DNA of 64,000 nt from a virus. The notes beneath the pieces were generated by a model. It had not been told where the DNA came from. It made no database searches and saw nothing but the letters and a program-made list of their open reading frames with translations. The position numbers were made by a program, and so were the translations under genes. The DNA lies in the IMG/VR virus record IMGVR_UViG_3300028840_003924, positions 32,001-96,000 of that record. One strand, written 5' to 3'. Positions 54,049 through 63,425 of the stretch are shown here, in pieces (within the stretch, counting starts at the first letter, position 1; every line of letters begins with the position of its first letter).

Positions 54049-57000
54049 CTAGCCGGGTCGTGGTGGCACGGGTCCGTGGGAGGGCAATGCCGTCCACGCA
54101 CCGTCAGGTTGGCCAAAGCCGTACAGGCTTCCTCTAGGTACTTTTCTAGGCCGGGGGTCCCCCGGCTCGATTTGTGAGTCGTACATATTTGGCGGCGTCT
54201 TGTCGATGAACTCAATGAACCGTCGCAGATCGTCAGCCAACTGCTTCAACCACTTCACCGACTCATCGGTGTTCTTTCGCATACCTTTCAATTCTCGCTT
54301 GGTCGCTTCTGTCTCAGGTTTGGAATCTGCAACTCGCCTCTCTCGCAGCTTGCCGCCCATGGTCTTTGTTGCACCATCTTCACCAGGAACTCTGGGGGAA
54401 ATCATAGTTCCCACTGGTAAACCCGCAGCGCTACCTGTCAATGGAATCACCGACTTGGCACGTTTATCTTCACGGCGTCCCATCTCAGCCCCAACAGCCG
54501 CACCGATAACGGCCCCCACGGGCCCACCAAGAAGCATACCAGCTACAGCCCCTGCCGCACCATACTTAAGCGAGCGAATACCTTTGCTGCTACCTTTCAC
54601 TTCCATTGCTTGGTAACGGAATTGCTGTAATTGTGTTAAATGAATCCTAGTCAATAAGGACACCACCCGTTCGCCAGCGCTTTTCGCTTGACCCGTCTTT
54701 GCTGGGAAGCCGAATATTTCGTTCTTGTCGACCTTGGCTAGTCCGCCCTTTGTAACGACGCCTCCGGTGTCAAGACTCTGAACCTTAGCGATGTTCTTCG
54801 TCGCCTTTTCAAACTCTTGGAGAGACGTACCAAACATTCGTTGGACGTATAGACTCTTTTCCGTTCTATCCTCCATCGCTCGTATTTGTGACACCTCTCG
54901 TGCAGTAGGTGCGGTGAACCCTCTTTGAGCAAAAATGTCTTTCTTGCGACGAGTCGATTTGTCTTTCGCCTTATCTCCGGTGACGAATAAATTGGCTATC
55001 CATTTAGTCCAACTTCCCTGTGGTCCGAGATGCTTCTTGAAAACGCCAAATGTTAAAGCATTAAGCCCTCCCGTAGCTAACCCCGCAGCCCCAGCAGTAA
55101 GCCTCATCCCGGTAGTTACCTTCTCTTGTTCTACGCCGAAAATATCAGCAGCGTTAGCAGCGGCACCGAAAGCATTAGTAATCTGGCCTATGGGACCGGG
55201 TATCCTTTGCAAAACATTCGTGATCGAGTCGGCATTATCCACAAACCATTTCCGTAACGGAGACCCCTCTTTAGTTGCAATCTTATAGATTTGTCCACCG
55301 GCACCCAATGCTGCGCCAATAGCAGTACCAATTCCGGGCGCAATCATAGTTCCGATCAATGCTCCTGAGGCGGCTGCGCCACCAACACCAATAGCTTCAT
55401 TCAACGCCGTTCCTTGTTTTGCCCCAACCATCGAACCAAGCATACTTTCGGTGCGAGTACCTCCGGTAAGTACACCAAGTACTGCCGATTCGATCTTTCC
55501 CCCTACGCCCTCACCCTTTGCCAAACCAACTCTCTGGGCCTCAGCTTTTTCAATCTCAGCTTGTGTGGCACCTTGTTCACGGAGTAATTTAACCCGTTCA
55601 TTAGCTGCGTTGGCTTCCATCACGCCCATCGCACCGCCCATAACCGCCATCATTGCCGGACCCAGGTATTTCAGCGTAGCCCCAGCAACGCCCTTCACAG
55701 CAGCCCCAGCCCCTAGTTTTTGTGCTGTAGCCAAACCTTTAGTAGAACCGCCGACTAGTTGTAAACCCCCGGCACCGGCACCGGCTCCACCTAACCTTTG
55801 TGCTGTCATCAAACCTTTGGTAGAACCACCAACTAATTGTAATCCACCACCGCCACCTCGAATCATAGTTCCTGTTTTCAAACCCGCAGCGCTACCTGCC
55901 AACGGAATCACCGACTTAGCAGCACCGCCGCCTCTAATCATAGTTCCTACTGGTAAACCCGCAGCGGTACCTGCCAATGGGATTACAGACCTAGCGCCAC
56001 CCATAGCACGGGCTCCACCAGCAACACCAGCAACACGACCAACCCGACCCATACCACGACCACCTAAGGCACTCGACAAAGATATTTGCCTTAACAGCCC
56101 GATCATAGTCATTCGTTGAATCCTACCTTGCATATCATTCGTGTAGATGCTACCGGGTGTAGACGCCTTCAGGAACAAGCCCCTTACGCTCATACCCATC
56201 TCTCTCACGACTGGCATCAAACCCCAGAGGAATCGGGCGAGGGCAATACCTTGCAACACTAAAGTCGAAAGGGAACCAACCATAATCCCTAATGGCGCTA
56301 GCCATATTGCCATTTTTGACATCCACCAACCAAATGAATCTTGCAACATACCCTGGATTCTATTAAGGTACCTAGCTGAACGTTCTGTGGGGTTTTGTAA
56401 TGACTGAGCAGCCATTTCCGATTTCGATATAGAATTATCGATAGCCTCCCTCAAGTCACCTAACTGCTTCTCTCGCTTTTGCGGATTCTGTATCGCCATG
56501 ATTCTGCTAAGGTTCTCAGGTGTGAATTGGTCAACTTCACCAACCTCACCCGCCCACGCACCTGCGGCCATAGCAGCGTCACGAGCTTGTTGTGCTGCTG
56601 CCATTTGGGCTTCCATACCCATCCGCTGAACAGCCTCTTGGCGATCCGCAGCGGAAATCCTCGAAAGATGTGCCCTCGCCTCAGTCTCACTACCGAACTT
56701 ATTTTGCTCTACCAACAGTGTCGCCAACGAATCAACCGAGTTGGTGAAGCCTTTATCCATGGCTTTAGATGCTTCGGCGAACATGAGAGATGCTCTTTCT
56801 AAATCGAGATTCGCCTTTTCAACATCAGTCATATACTTGGTACGCTTCTCTTCAAGCTCCTTCAAACGATCAGCAAAACTCATATTTGCTCTATTGGCAG
56901 CTTCCTGTATCGTACCCAGCTTTCCGACACTCATCTTAAAGGTTGCTTGGGCTTGTAAATCTAATTGCGAAATGAGTGCAGAAGCTTCTTTGTATTCGGT

Positions 57001-58923
57001 AGTATGTCTCCCAAACTTTTCAGTGACCTTGAATAGATCGTTGATGTTAGCAACTTCGAGACGCCTGTCTCCTAATGATTGGGAGAATCGTCGACCAAAA
57101 TCGGTAATCTGACTACCGAAATACTCATCAATGACCTCTCCTCTTTTTTCAAATAGTTGTTCCATGAGGTCTTCACTTCGACCTACTACTCCACTTGCAA
57201 TTTCCTCAAAAGTGAAACCAGCCTTCTCACCAGCCTTTAGAAGCAAAAGGGCTGTCCCAGGACCCTGTTGTAACGCCTTGATGAAATTGTCACTTCCTTT
57301 AGTTAGGAGGTCCAACGACTCACCCATTTCACCTTCGACACCAAGTTTCTGCGCCTCTCCTACCAATCTACTCAAATGACCCGCTGCTTCAGCGGACTCT
57401 CCCCCTATATCACGCAAGTTGATAAGCAACTTTTCGGTAGCCTTGGCAGCTTCAAGTAAGTTCTCACCCACGAGGCCGGTAGTCTTCGCAGTATGTTGGA
57501 TTTCCCGGTTTACCATGCCCATCTCTGTGGTGCTGAGCTTCAAGTGCATTTTCCACTTCCGCATCATCTCGGCGGTTTGCTCAGCATCGGAATTTATCAT
57601 GGTTGAAAGTTTAAGAGCCCCTAGTGCCATCTTGTTGGCCACCTTAGCATCTTTGATACCGGCACGAACTATCTTGGTACGGGTCTTCAGTACCGTGTTA
57701 TAGTCTTTGCCAGTTCGATAGATTGCTTCCCTCGAAAGCACGGAGCGTTCAATATCCGAACTCAATTCACCTTGCACAAATCTTGTTAGTCTAATCTCAC
57801 GCAGATATTCAGCTTGACTCTTTATGGCCTTCTCAACACTGAAAGCTCCCTCTATATCAACAGCAATAAGAGCCGCTGTCCATTTTCGGACACCCTCGTC
57901 CAGTCCTTTGAGAATTTCTTCCCATCTCGATGCGACTATTGTTTGTGTCCTCGAATGGACTAAGGCTAATTCATTGGCTTTTTCGAGGTGATCAAGATAT
58001 GCCTTCATGGCCTGATCACGATTTTCACCCTCATCGGACATAGCAAGCTGATTTTCAAGATGCTTCAGTTGAGCCTTATGTCGCTTACTGTAGAATTGTT
58101 CTAATTGGCTGGAGAGAACGATAGCTTTCTTCTGACTCTCATTAGTGTCTTTGTGATCACCCAGCCAATCCGCAAGAATTTTCTTGGTTATGCTTTTTGA
58201 TTGGTTTAATCTTGCGATATGAAGTTGAAGTGCCTTATTCCATTTCTCCATACCATCCGCAGCCAGCATTTCCTGCTCTAGGACTTCTTCATGAGTACCC
58301 TTAAACTCCTCCATCAAATCATTAGCTTCCTCCATACTGGCTGTGCTAACGGCACCGGTTAAGACATCCGCAGGTGTCGGAGTTGGCCCAGCGGGTGCCC
58401 CTCCAGGTTTCGGCCTACCTGGGGCCGATGCTGCCATGCTGGCACTGAGTTCGCCGAACTTGCTTTGAAGTTGACCTAGGAGCTTAACCATCTCCTCGGC
58501 GAGCTTTTCAAGTCCTTTGTTCTTCGTAGCAACAGTATGCTCAGATGCAAGATTAGCAAGCCCCCTTGCAGCGTCTTTCCCTAATGCTTTCTCCACACCC
58601 TTTTCAACACTCGCTTCCACATCACTTATAGAGAGGTCTTTGATCGCTGTACTTTTCTTACTAGGGGCTCGAAGCTCCAAACTTTTGGCCATTTCCATGG
58701 TCTTCTTCTGGGCCTTTTCCAAGTCTTCGAGCTTCTTGTTCATACCCTCGACGGCCTTCACAGCCTCGCCCATAGTCTTAGTCAGTTCTTCATTTTGCTT
58801 CTGCCCCTTCTCCATACTATCGGTGAGTTTTTTGACAATCTCAGACTCCTTAGACCTTCCTGTCGGGCCTAATAAATCCTGACGACTCAATGTCACTTCT
58901 TCTCCACGATAGTCAGTTGGCAT
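54049..58923 (-). CDS. Tape measure protein
   Basis: 1624 aa, long helical/coiled-coil, with hydrophobic and Gly/Ala-rich segments (IAPGIGTAIGAALG, LGGPVGAVIGA), upstream of the tube initiator. Confidence 0.85.
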   Translation of the reverse strand: MPTDYRGEEVTLSRQDLLGPTGRSKESEIVKKLTDSMEKGQKQNEELTKTMGEAVKAVEGMNKKLEDLEKAQKKTMEMAKSLELRAPSKKSTAIKDLSISDVEASVEKGVEKALGKDAARGLANLASEHTVATKNKGLEKLAEEMVKLLGQLQSKFGELSASMAASAPGRPKPGGAPAGPTPTPADVLTGAVSTASMEEANDLMEEFKGTHEEVLEQEMLAADGMEKWNKALQLHIARLNQSKSITKKILADWLGDHKDTNESQKKAIVLSSQLEQFYSKRHKAQLKHLENQLAMSDEGENRDQAMKAYLDHLEKANELALVHSRTQTIVASRWEEILKGLDEGVRKWTAALIAVDIEGAFSVEKAIKSQAEYLREIRLTRFVQGELSSDIERSVLSREAIYRTGKDYNTVLKTRTKIVRAGIKDAKVANKMALGALKLSTMINSDAEQTAEMMRKWKMHLKLSTTEMGMVNREIQHTAKTTGLVGENLLEAAKATEKLLINLRDIGGESAEAAGHLSRLVGEAQKLGVEGEMGESLDLLTKGSDNFIKALQQGPGTALLLLKAGEKAGFTFEEIASGVVGRSEDLMEQLFEKRGEVIDEYFGSQITDFGRRFSQSLGDRRLEVANINDLFKVTEKFGRHTTEYKEASALISQLDLQAQATFKMSVGKLGTIQEAANRANMSFADRLKELEEKRTKYMTDVEKANLDLERASLMFAEASKAMDKGFTNSVDSLATLLVEQNKFGSETEARAHLSRISAADRQEAVQRMGMEAQMAAAQQARDAAMAAGAWAGEVGEVDQFTPENLSRIMAIQNPQKREKQLGDLREAIDNSISKSEMAAQSLQNPTERSARYLNRIQGMLQDSFGWWMSKMAIWLAPLGIMVGSLSTLVLQGIALARFLWGLMPVVREMGMSVRGLFLKASTPGSIYTNDMQGRIQRMTMIGLLRQISLSSALGGRGMGRVGRVAGVAGGARAMGGARSVIPLAGTAAGLPVGTMIRGGGAAKSVIPLAGSAAGLKTGTMIRGGGGGLQLVGGSTKGLMTAQRLGGAGAGAGGLQLVGGSTKGLATAQKLGAGAAVKGVAGATLKYLGPAMMAVMGGAMGVMEANAANERVKLLREQGATQAEIEKAEAQRVGLAKGEGVGGKIESAVLGVLTGGTRTESMLGSMVGAKQGTALNEAIGVGGAAASGALIGTMIAPGIGTAIGAALGAGGQIYKIATKEGSPLRKWFVDNADSITNVLQRIPGPIGQITNAFGAAANAADIFGVEQEKVTTGMRLTAGAAGLATGGLNALTFGVFKKHLGPQGSWTKWIANLFVTGDKAKDKSTRRKKDIFAQRGFTAPTAREVSQIRAMEDRTEKSLYVQRMFGTSLQEFEKATKNIAKVQSLDTGGVVTKGGLAKVDKNEIFGFPAKTGQAKSAGERVVSLLTRIHLTQLQQFRYQAMEVKGSSKGIRSLKYGAAGAVAGMLLGGPVGAVIGAAVGAEMGRREDKRAKSVIPLTGSAAGLPVGTMISPRVPGEDGATKTMGGKLRERRVADSKPETEATKRELKGMRKNTDESVKWLKQLADDLRRFIEFIDKTPPNMYDSQIEPGDPRPRKVPRGSLYGFGQPDGAWTALPSHGPVPPRPG
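55717..55995 (-). repeat. Internal repeats in the tape measure protein
   Basis: A(R/K)SVIPLAG.AAGL..GTMI x2 (third copy at 54400-54459) and GGLQLVGGSTKGL.TAQ.LG x2. Confidence 0.85.
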
Positions 58924-58931
58924 AAGTTATT

Positions 58932-59579
58932 CTACGCTCCCATAGGTGGCCGTGTGGCGGGCGTTCCTGGTATTGTTGCTGGGCGTGGAGCGGTAGGAGG
59001 TATTCCTGGTTTAGCTCCTGGCACTGGCGTTGCAGCACCCCGTGCCATTTCTTCGGCAGTTGGGTTTACTTGTCGCTGGAGTTGTTGTCGGATCATATCT
59101 CGTATCAGCTTCATTTCCTGCGGGTTCGTGCGGGTTCGACCTTCAAGACTCGGTAATAACTGGGTACGTATCTGATTGCAGTCGAGAAAGTGAATCTTCC
59201 GAAGGCCGATTTTCTTATACGTCCGAAAAGCGTTAACTATATAGGGATCGGGTTTGATGAATTTGTAGTCAAACTGACTGTTCCCGCAGTAGGTCAAAAT
59301 CAAATTGCGGACGTAGTTGTACGTCAGGTAGTGGAGATTGACACCTTTAATCCGATCTGGTAAAACCCTCGTCACAAGAATCAGTGGACTGGCATCATGT
59401 TTCCAGAACAGGTACTGACAACTAACGAGTGTCCCCCGCTGTAACCGGTTGATTGGCATGAACGGTAGCCAGTTCAATAGCCTTGAAAAGAAGCCGGGTT
59501 GTTGTTGCGGTTGCGGCTTTTGTGCCTGCCGACCAAAAAGTGCTGGTTGTTTTCCTTCAGGTCTACCAAAAAGTGGCAT
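58932..59579 (-). CDS. T4 gp2-like DNA end protector
   Basis: Y..WKHD..PLILV...G.NLHYL...F.Y..I...AFRTY. Confidence 0.6.
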   Translation of the reverse strand: MPLFGRPEGKQPALFGRQAQKPQPQQQPGFFSRLLNWLPFMPINRLQRGTLVSCQYLFWKHDASPLILVTRVLPDRIKGVNLHYLTYNYVRNLILTYCGNSQFDYKFIKPDPYIVNAFRTYKKIGLRKIHFLDCNQIRTQLLPSLEGRTRTNPQEMKLIRDMIRQQLQRQVNPTAEEMARGAATPVPGAKPGIPPTAPRPATIPGTPATRPPMGA

Positions 59580-59609
59580 GTTCTCTCCGGATGAGCGTAC
59601 ATACTACAT

Positions 59610-59870
59610 ATGAGAGACTACGACCAATTCTTTGAAGCGAAAACCACTGACACTCGATATATGAATGCGATTGTTTCGCTTGCCGCAGCAATAGCCGGGG
59701 TCTTCAAACGCTACTCCAGAGGCACCCGCAAGACGGCTTGGCGGGCAATATCAACTGGTCAGGGCAAAAAGGAAGTTGAAAGGTTGCTCCTCAACCCAGA
59801 CCTTCCCGTCACGAGGTTCCGAAGGATCACGAGGCGAAACTTCAAGGAATGGATGGCCGAGGAGCGTTAA
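59610..59870 (+). CDS. Small protein with leader-like motifs at both ends
   Basis: MRDYDQFFEAK ... NFKEWMAEER. Confidence 0.6.
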   Translation: MRDYDQFFEAKTTDTRYMNAIVSLAAAIAGVFKRYSRGTRKTAWRAISTGQGKKEVERLLLNPDLPVTRFRRITRRNFKEWMAEER

Positions 59871-59934
59871 TTCCCCCTCTTATGCGGTATGAACTACCAC
59901 TAAAGTAGTAAGATAAACCGTATTTTCCGAATTT

Positions 59935-59966
59935 TTGCCAAATTGGACATTGGGTTGTGCTATACT
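59935..59966 (+). promoter_or_regulatory. Possible host sigma70 extended -10 promoter
   Basis: TGcTATACT at 59958-59966, with TTGCCA upstream at non-canonical spacing. Confidence 0.4.
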
Positions 59967-60007
59967 CCTAGTGGAAGAGTAAACAAATCCTCTACTGGAG
60001 ACAAACA

Positions 60008-60760
60008 ATGTTCACCGCACGCAACAATGACGCTCCCTTCCCTGGTGCCGAAGCGGGGAAAGTCGCCGACAACATCGTCCACTTCCTTCGTGGTATAATC
60101 ATCCTGGGTGTCCTCGTGATCGGCATCCCACTGTCGATAGTGATCACGTTCTCTCGAAGTGCCATTCTCCGAGTGTGCAATGACACGACTGTGCGCATCG
60201 TGGAACTCAACCCGAACCTCTACAAGGTAAGCGAATACCCGCTTCTCGAATCCGAAGACACACCCTGTTACGCCATCGTTGGTTCCTATGAGGAAGCCGA
60301 AGACTGGTTGTTAGAACGAGGCTACCACTGTCGAACAATAACAACCCGCTACACAGGCGATTGGCACAAATACAACAACACGGCAGACAAGACATTCGCC
60401 GTCAAAGGTGAACCGGGCTCTCCGTATGAGTCCGTGATCATGCTAATCACAGATTACGGTGATGATTACCCCCACTTTGTTCCTTTCCGCTACGAGGAAA
60501 AGGAACAGCCAGTGGACTTCGCACGTTTTCATCGGACACCGATTGACGTGAACACAGCGTTTGAGCTTGGTTACTACTCAACGCACTTCGATGATCCCGG
60601 CTGGTTTCTCCGGTGTACAGGCGCAGTGGAATGGCCAAGAGGAATCTACTATGCCGAAACTTACGAAGAGGAAAACGAAGAGATCGCCAAGCAAGCTGCT
60701 TTCACAACGGCTAACCGAGAGGCATCTCTCGAAGATAAGCTAAACCTTATCGATTTTTGA
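60008..60760 (+). CDS. Hypothetical membrane-anchored protein
   Basis: GGAG RBS. N-terminal TM. Confidence 0.65.
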   Translation: MFTARNNDAPFPGAEAGKVADNIVHFLRGIIILGVLVIGIPLSIVITFSRSAILRVCNDTTVRIVELNPNLYKVSEYPLLESEDTPCYAIVGSYEEAEDWLLERGYHCRTITTRYTGDWHKYNNTADKTFAVKGEPGSPYESVIMLITDYGDDYPHFVPFRYEEKEQPVDFARFHRTPIDVNTAFELGYYSTHFDDPGWFLRCTGAVEWPRGIYYAETYEEENEEIAKQAAFTTANREASLEDKLNLIDF

Positions 60761-61238
60761 TGTCATAGACTTGGTTTGCGTAGTCAGTGCCAGTAGACCT
60801 CATCTTCACCGACCCCATGGGATCAATTATGGGGTTTTCTTTTTCGGCTTTCGCTGATCGCTCGAAGAACTCTTTCAACTCTTGAACGATAGCCTGGACA
60901 ATCTCCTCACCCTTCTTCTGGTCGTCCATATCATCTTCACCCAAGAGGTCTTCAAACATCTTCTCAACCGGAACGGCATAAGCTCTTCCATAAGGTTCGG
61001 TGTCCTGACGATTTTGAATACGATAAGCTACCTCGCCACCAATCTCGTACATACGCACGCCCTCAAACGGGAGGTTGAAATCAGCAGGGTTCTTGATAAA
61101 CAGGTGCGGGTCACCACCTGATTTCAACTGGTCTACCACCTCAAAACCGCCCTTTTCAAGGACTCGCTTAACGAGGTCCAGGTGCTTACGAGATTCACGT
61201 TCCTTTTTGTCTACAAACTCTTGAAATTGCATTAACAC
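60747..61238 (-). CDS. Hypothetical protein with capsid-targeting-like leader
   Basis: (ML)MQFQEFVDKKERE. Confidence 0.7.
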   Translation of the reverse strand: MLMQFQEFVDKKERESRKHLDLVKRVLEKGGFEVVDQLKSGGDPHLFIKNPADFNLPFEGVRMYEIGGEVAYRIQNRQDTEPYGRAYAVPVEKMFEDLLGEDDMDDQKKGEEIVQAIVQELKEFFERSAKAEKENPIIDPMGSVKMRSTGTDYANQVYDIKNR

Positions 61239-62503
61239 CTCCGTAAGAGCATTTCAACGGTACTCGGTACACAACGCATGATATCAACGAGGTCACTAGG
61301 ATTACCCTGGTAAGGCACGGAATGATACCACATACCCGGCATACCACCGGACAACTCCTGCAATGTGTCCGTTGTAGCTGTTAGGTATAGTACGCCGTCC
61401 CTCTGTTCCATGAACGGAACGTCTTTAGAACTAACGCTTCCCCCAGGTCCCATTTCACCACTTTCGCCCTTGTAGTTGATAGCGTAACCAAATAGCGGTA
61501 TGATCGCCCCATCATCATCAATCATTGCGTCACGGAACTCACCCTTTTTCTTCCGAACAACGAGCTTACCTTCCTTGTAACCAGCCCGTAAACCTTCAGC
61601 GATATCCCACGCAAATGCGTGAACCTCACCACTATCGGGTTCAATGATATGGATCAGGTAGGCACGCATATTGTATTTCGTCGCAATCGACTCCAGACAA
61701 ACACGTCGCCGTAGCACAATCTTTTCCTCGGGCGAACCATTCTGTAAACGATCCAACTCCGGGTCCGAAAGAAACTTCTCTGGATCATCCTCTTGAAGCA
61801 TCCACTTACCAACGGTGATATCACCAAACCTCGTGAAACAACGTGTGGATATATCGATTGAATAGTCACGAGCGGGGTAAATCAGATCAGGCTTCACGCT
61901 TCCGACACCACGTTGAATGGAGCCGGTCAGGGCAGCGATGTAACGACGATGAAGCTCTCCCTTGAAGCCACCCTGACCAGCAAGCTTGATGAAGATCGTT
62001 TGTAACATCGGATACGCCTCCAATGTGTTCATGATATGCTGCATGACAGAAACGCCTGGGTTGTTCCGGTCAAGCTCTTCGCTGATCTTCTTCCTTATCT
62101 CCTTGGATGCCTTGTCAATGTTCGCATCCTGTCGCAACAGCAGAATCTGAAAGTTGTCCTCCACAAACCTACGCTCGGCGGCATCCAACTTACGATCCCT
62201 CACCTGACTGATCGCATTCAACATCTCGTTTGCATCACCCTTGATGGCAAGGTCGTAGAACTGCCGACGCCATGTGTGAAAATCATCAGTATCATCACTG
62301 ATATCGGCCATGTCCGGAGCTTCCGGTTCTGGGCCCACAGGGGGCCCGCCCGCAGGCTCTTCTGGCGCAGGGCCCGCAGCACTAGGATCAGTCGCAAGGC
62401 CCATAGGGCTCATCGTAGGGTCCTGAGCGGGTGGTCCTAGATCGGGAGCATCCGTCAAACCACCTTGTTCGAGCCATGTCTTGATATTGTTCAAATTACT
62501 CAT
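61232..62503 (-). CDS. Hypothetical protein, Pro/acidic N-terminus
   Basis: 423-aa ORF starting MSNLNNIKTWLEQ. Confidence 0.75.
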   Translation of the reverse strand: MSNLNNIKTWLEQGGLTDAPDLGPPAQDPTMSPMGLATDPSAAGPAPEEPAGGPPVGPEPEAPDMADISDDTDDFHTWRRQFYDLAIKGDANEMLNAISQVRDRKLDAAERRFVEDNFQILLLRQDANIDKASKEIRKKISEELDRNNPGVSVMQHIMNTLEAYPMLQTIFIKLAGQGGFKGELHRRYIAALTGSIQRGVGSVKPDLIYPARDYSIDISTRCFTRFGDITVGKWMLQEDDPEKFLSDPELDRLQNGSPEEKIVLRRRVCLESIATKYNMRAYLIHIIEPDSGEVHAFAWDIAEGLRAGYKEGKLVVRKKKGEFRDAMIDDDGAIIPLFGYAINYKGESGEMGPGGSVSSKDVPFMEQRDGVLYLTATTDTLQELSGGMPGMWYHSVPYQGNPSDLVDIMRCVPSTVEMLLRRC

Positions 62504-62966
62504 TCTCTGGTGACTCCATTTCTTGTGCCATCTTGATCAGTTTGCGTACGTTGGGATTAGGTTTGGAAACCTCGTACTTATTGTTCTGTTGGTAAGCGTA
62601 TACCTCTGACTTTGTTGCACGCTCTTTCATCTTCAGCCGAGTCCAGAGGTCCAAAACTTTGATCATTTGGTTTACCCCATCATTTTTCAGCTTCAGAAGA
62701 TTCACCAACCCTTCTTTCGTGGCAGAACTAGGATCGCCCTCGTTCAATACCATCTCGCAAAAATCCAGGTATCGTTCATGCGCCTCTTCCCTATCTTCCT
62801 TAATGCAGGAAATGGCGTCTTCGTAGTAACTCACGACCTGTTCGTCAGGGATCAAATCAGTAGATTCCTTTGGCTGCTCGACCATTGACGTTTGTTCGTT
62901 TTTCGCAACCAGCTTTGTCGACTCTTCGTTACCCTGTGGTTTTGTTTCTTTATCTGTTTTTGCCAT
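62496..62966 (-). CDS. Helical protein, possible small terminase-like
   Basis: Two long helices followed by QQNN. Probable start ATG 62966. Confidence 0.35.
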   Translation of the reverse strand: MAKTDKETKPQGNEESTKLVAKNEQTSMVEQPKESTDLIPDEQVVSYYEDAISCIKEDREEAHERYLDFCEMVLNEGDPSSATKEGLVNLLKLKNDGVNQMIKVLDLWTRLKMKERATKSEVYAYQQNNKYEVSKPNPNVRKLIKMAQEMESPENE

Positions 62967-63013
62967 AATACCAAGTATATAGAGATACGAGAGGCTCTTT
63001 CTTGGGGAATTGA

Positions 63014-63424
63014 ATGGACGAAACACTATTTCGGGAAGTCACCCAATCCATCAAAGCGGTTTTCGATCTGACCGCACGGGTGGACGAGCGTGTCAAAATG
63101 CTCGTTGAAAAGCAAACGCAAATCGACAGCAAAATAGAAGCTCTGGCCCTCCAACACACCGACCTCGTGACTAAGGTTGGTATATTAGAGTCCCGAAACG
63201 AAAAAGAGTTCAAAGACCAACTCACCAGATTCGAGGATGATATCAAAGAGGCATCGGATGACCTCAAAGAATTTGACCAGAGACTCTATCATGTTGAGAG
63301 GTCAACTTCCACGAGCGAGAACAGGTGGAAAAGCGTCTATCAGTTCATCCGTGACACTATATGGGTCGTAATCGTGTGTTACCTGCTCTACAAACTGAAC
63401 CTAACACCACCACCGTTGCCATAA
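63014..63424 (+). CDS. Coiled-coil protein with C-terminal TM
   Basis: Heptads, then TIWVVIVCYLLY. Confidence 0.65.
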   Translation: MDETLFREVTQSIKAVFDLTARVDERVKMLVEKQTQIDSKIEALALQHTDLVTKVGILESRNEKEFKDQLTRFEDDIKEASDDLKEFDQRLYHVERSTSTSENRWKSVYQFIRDTIWVVIVCYLLYKLNLTPPPLP

Positions 63425-63425
63425 C

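Noticed and set aside
54200-58882. Plus-strand ORFs opposite the tape measure gene (and similar ones opposite other long genes)
   Set aside because: Antisense open frames caused by codon bias, with no RBS or recognisable motifs.
43330-58923. Extracellular contractile injection system or T6SS
   Set aside because: Portal, terminase, primase and a gp2-like gene in the same window indicate a true phage.
59871-59930. Minus-strand ACTACTTTAG motif as the promoter of an unannotated RNA
   Set aside because: No gene or structured RNA was recognised directly downstream, and the motif is too short to support alone.
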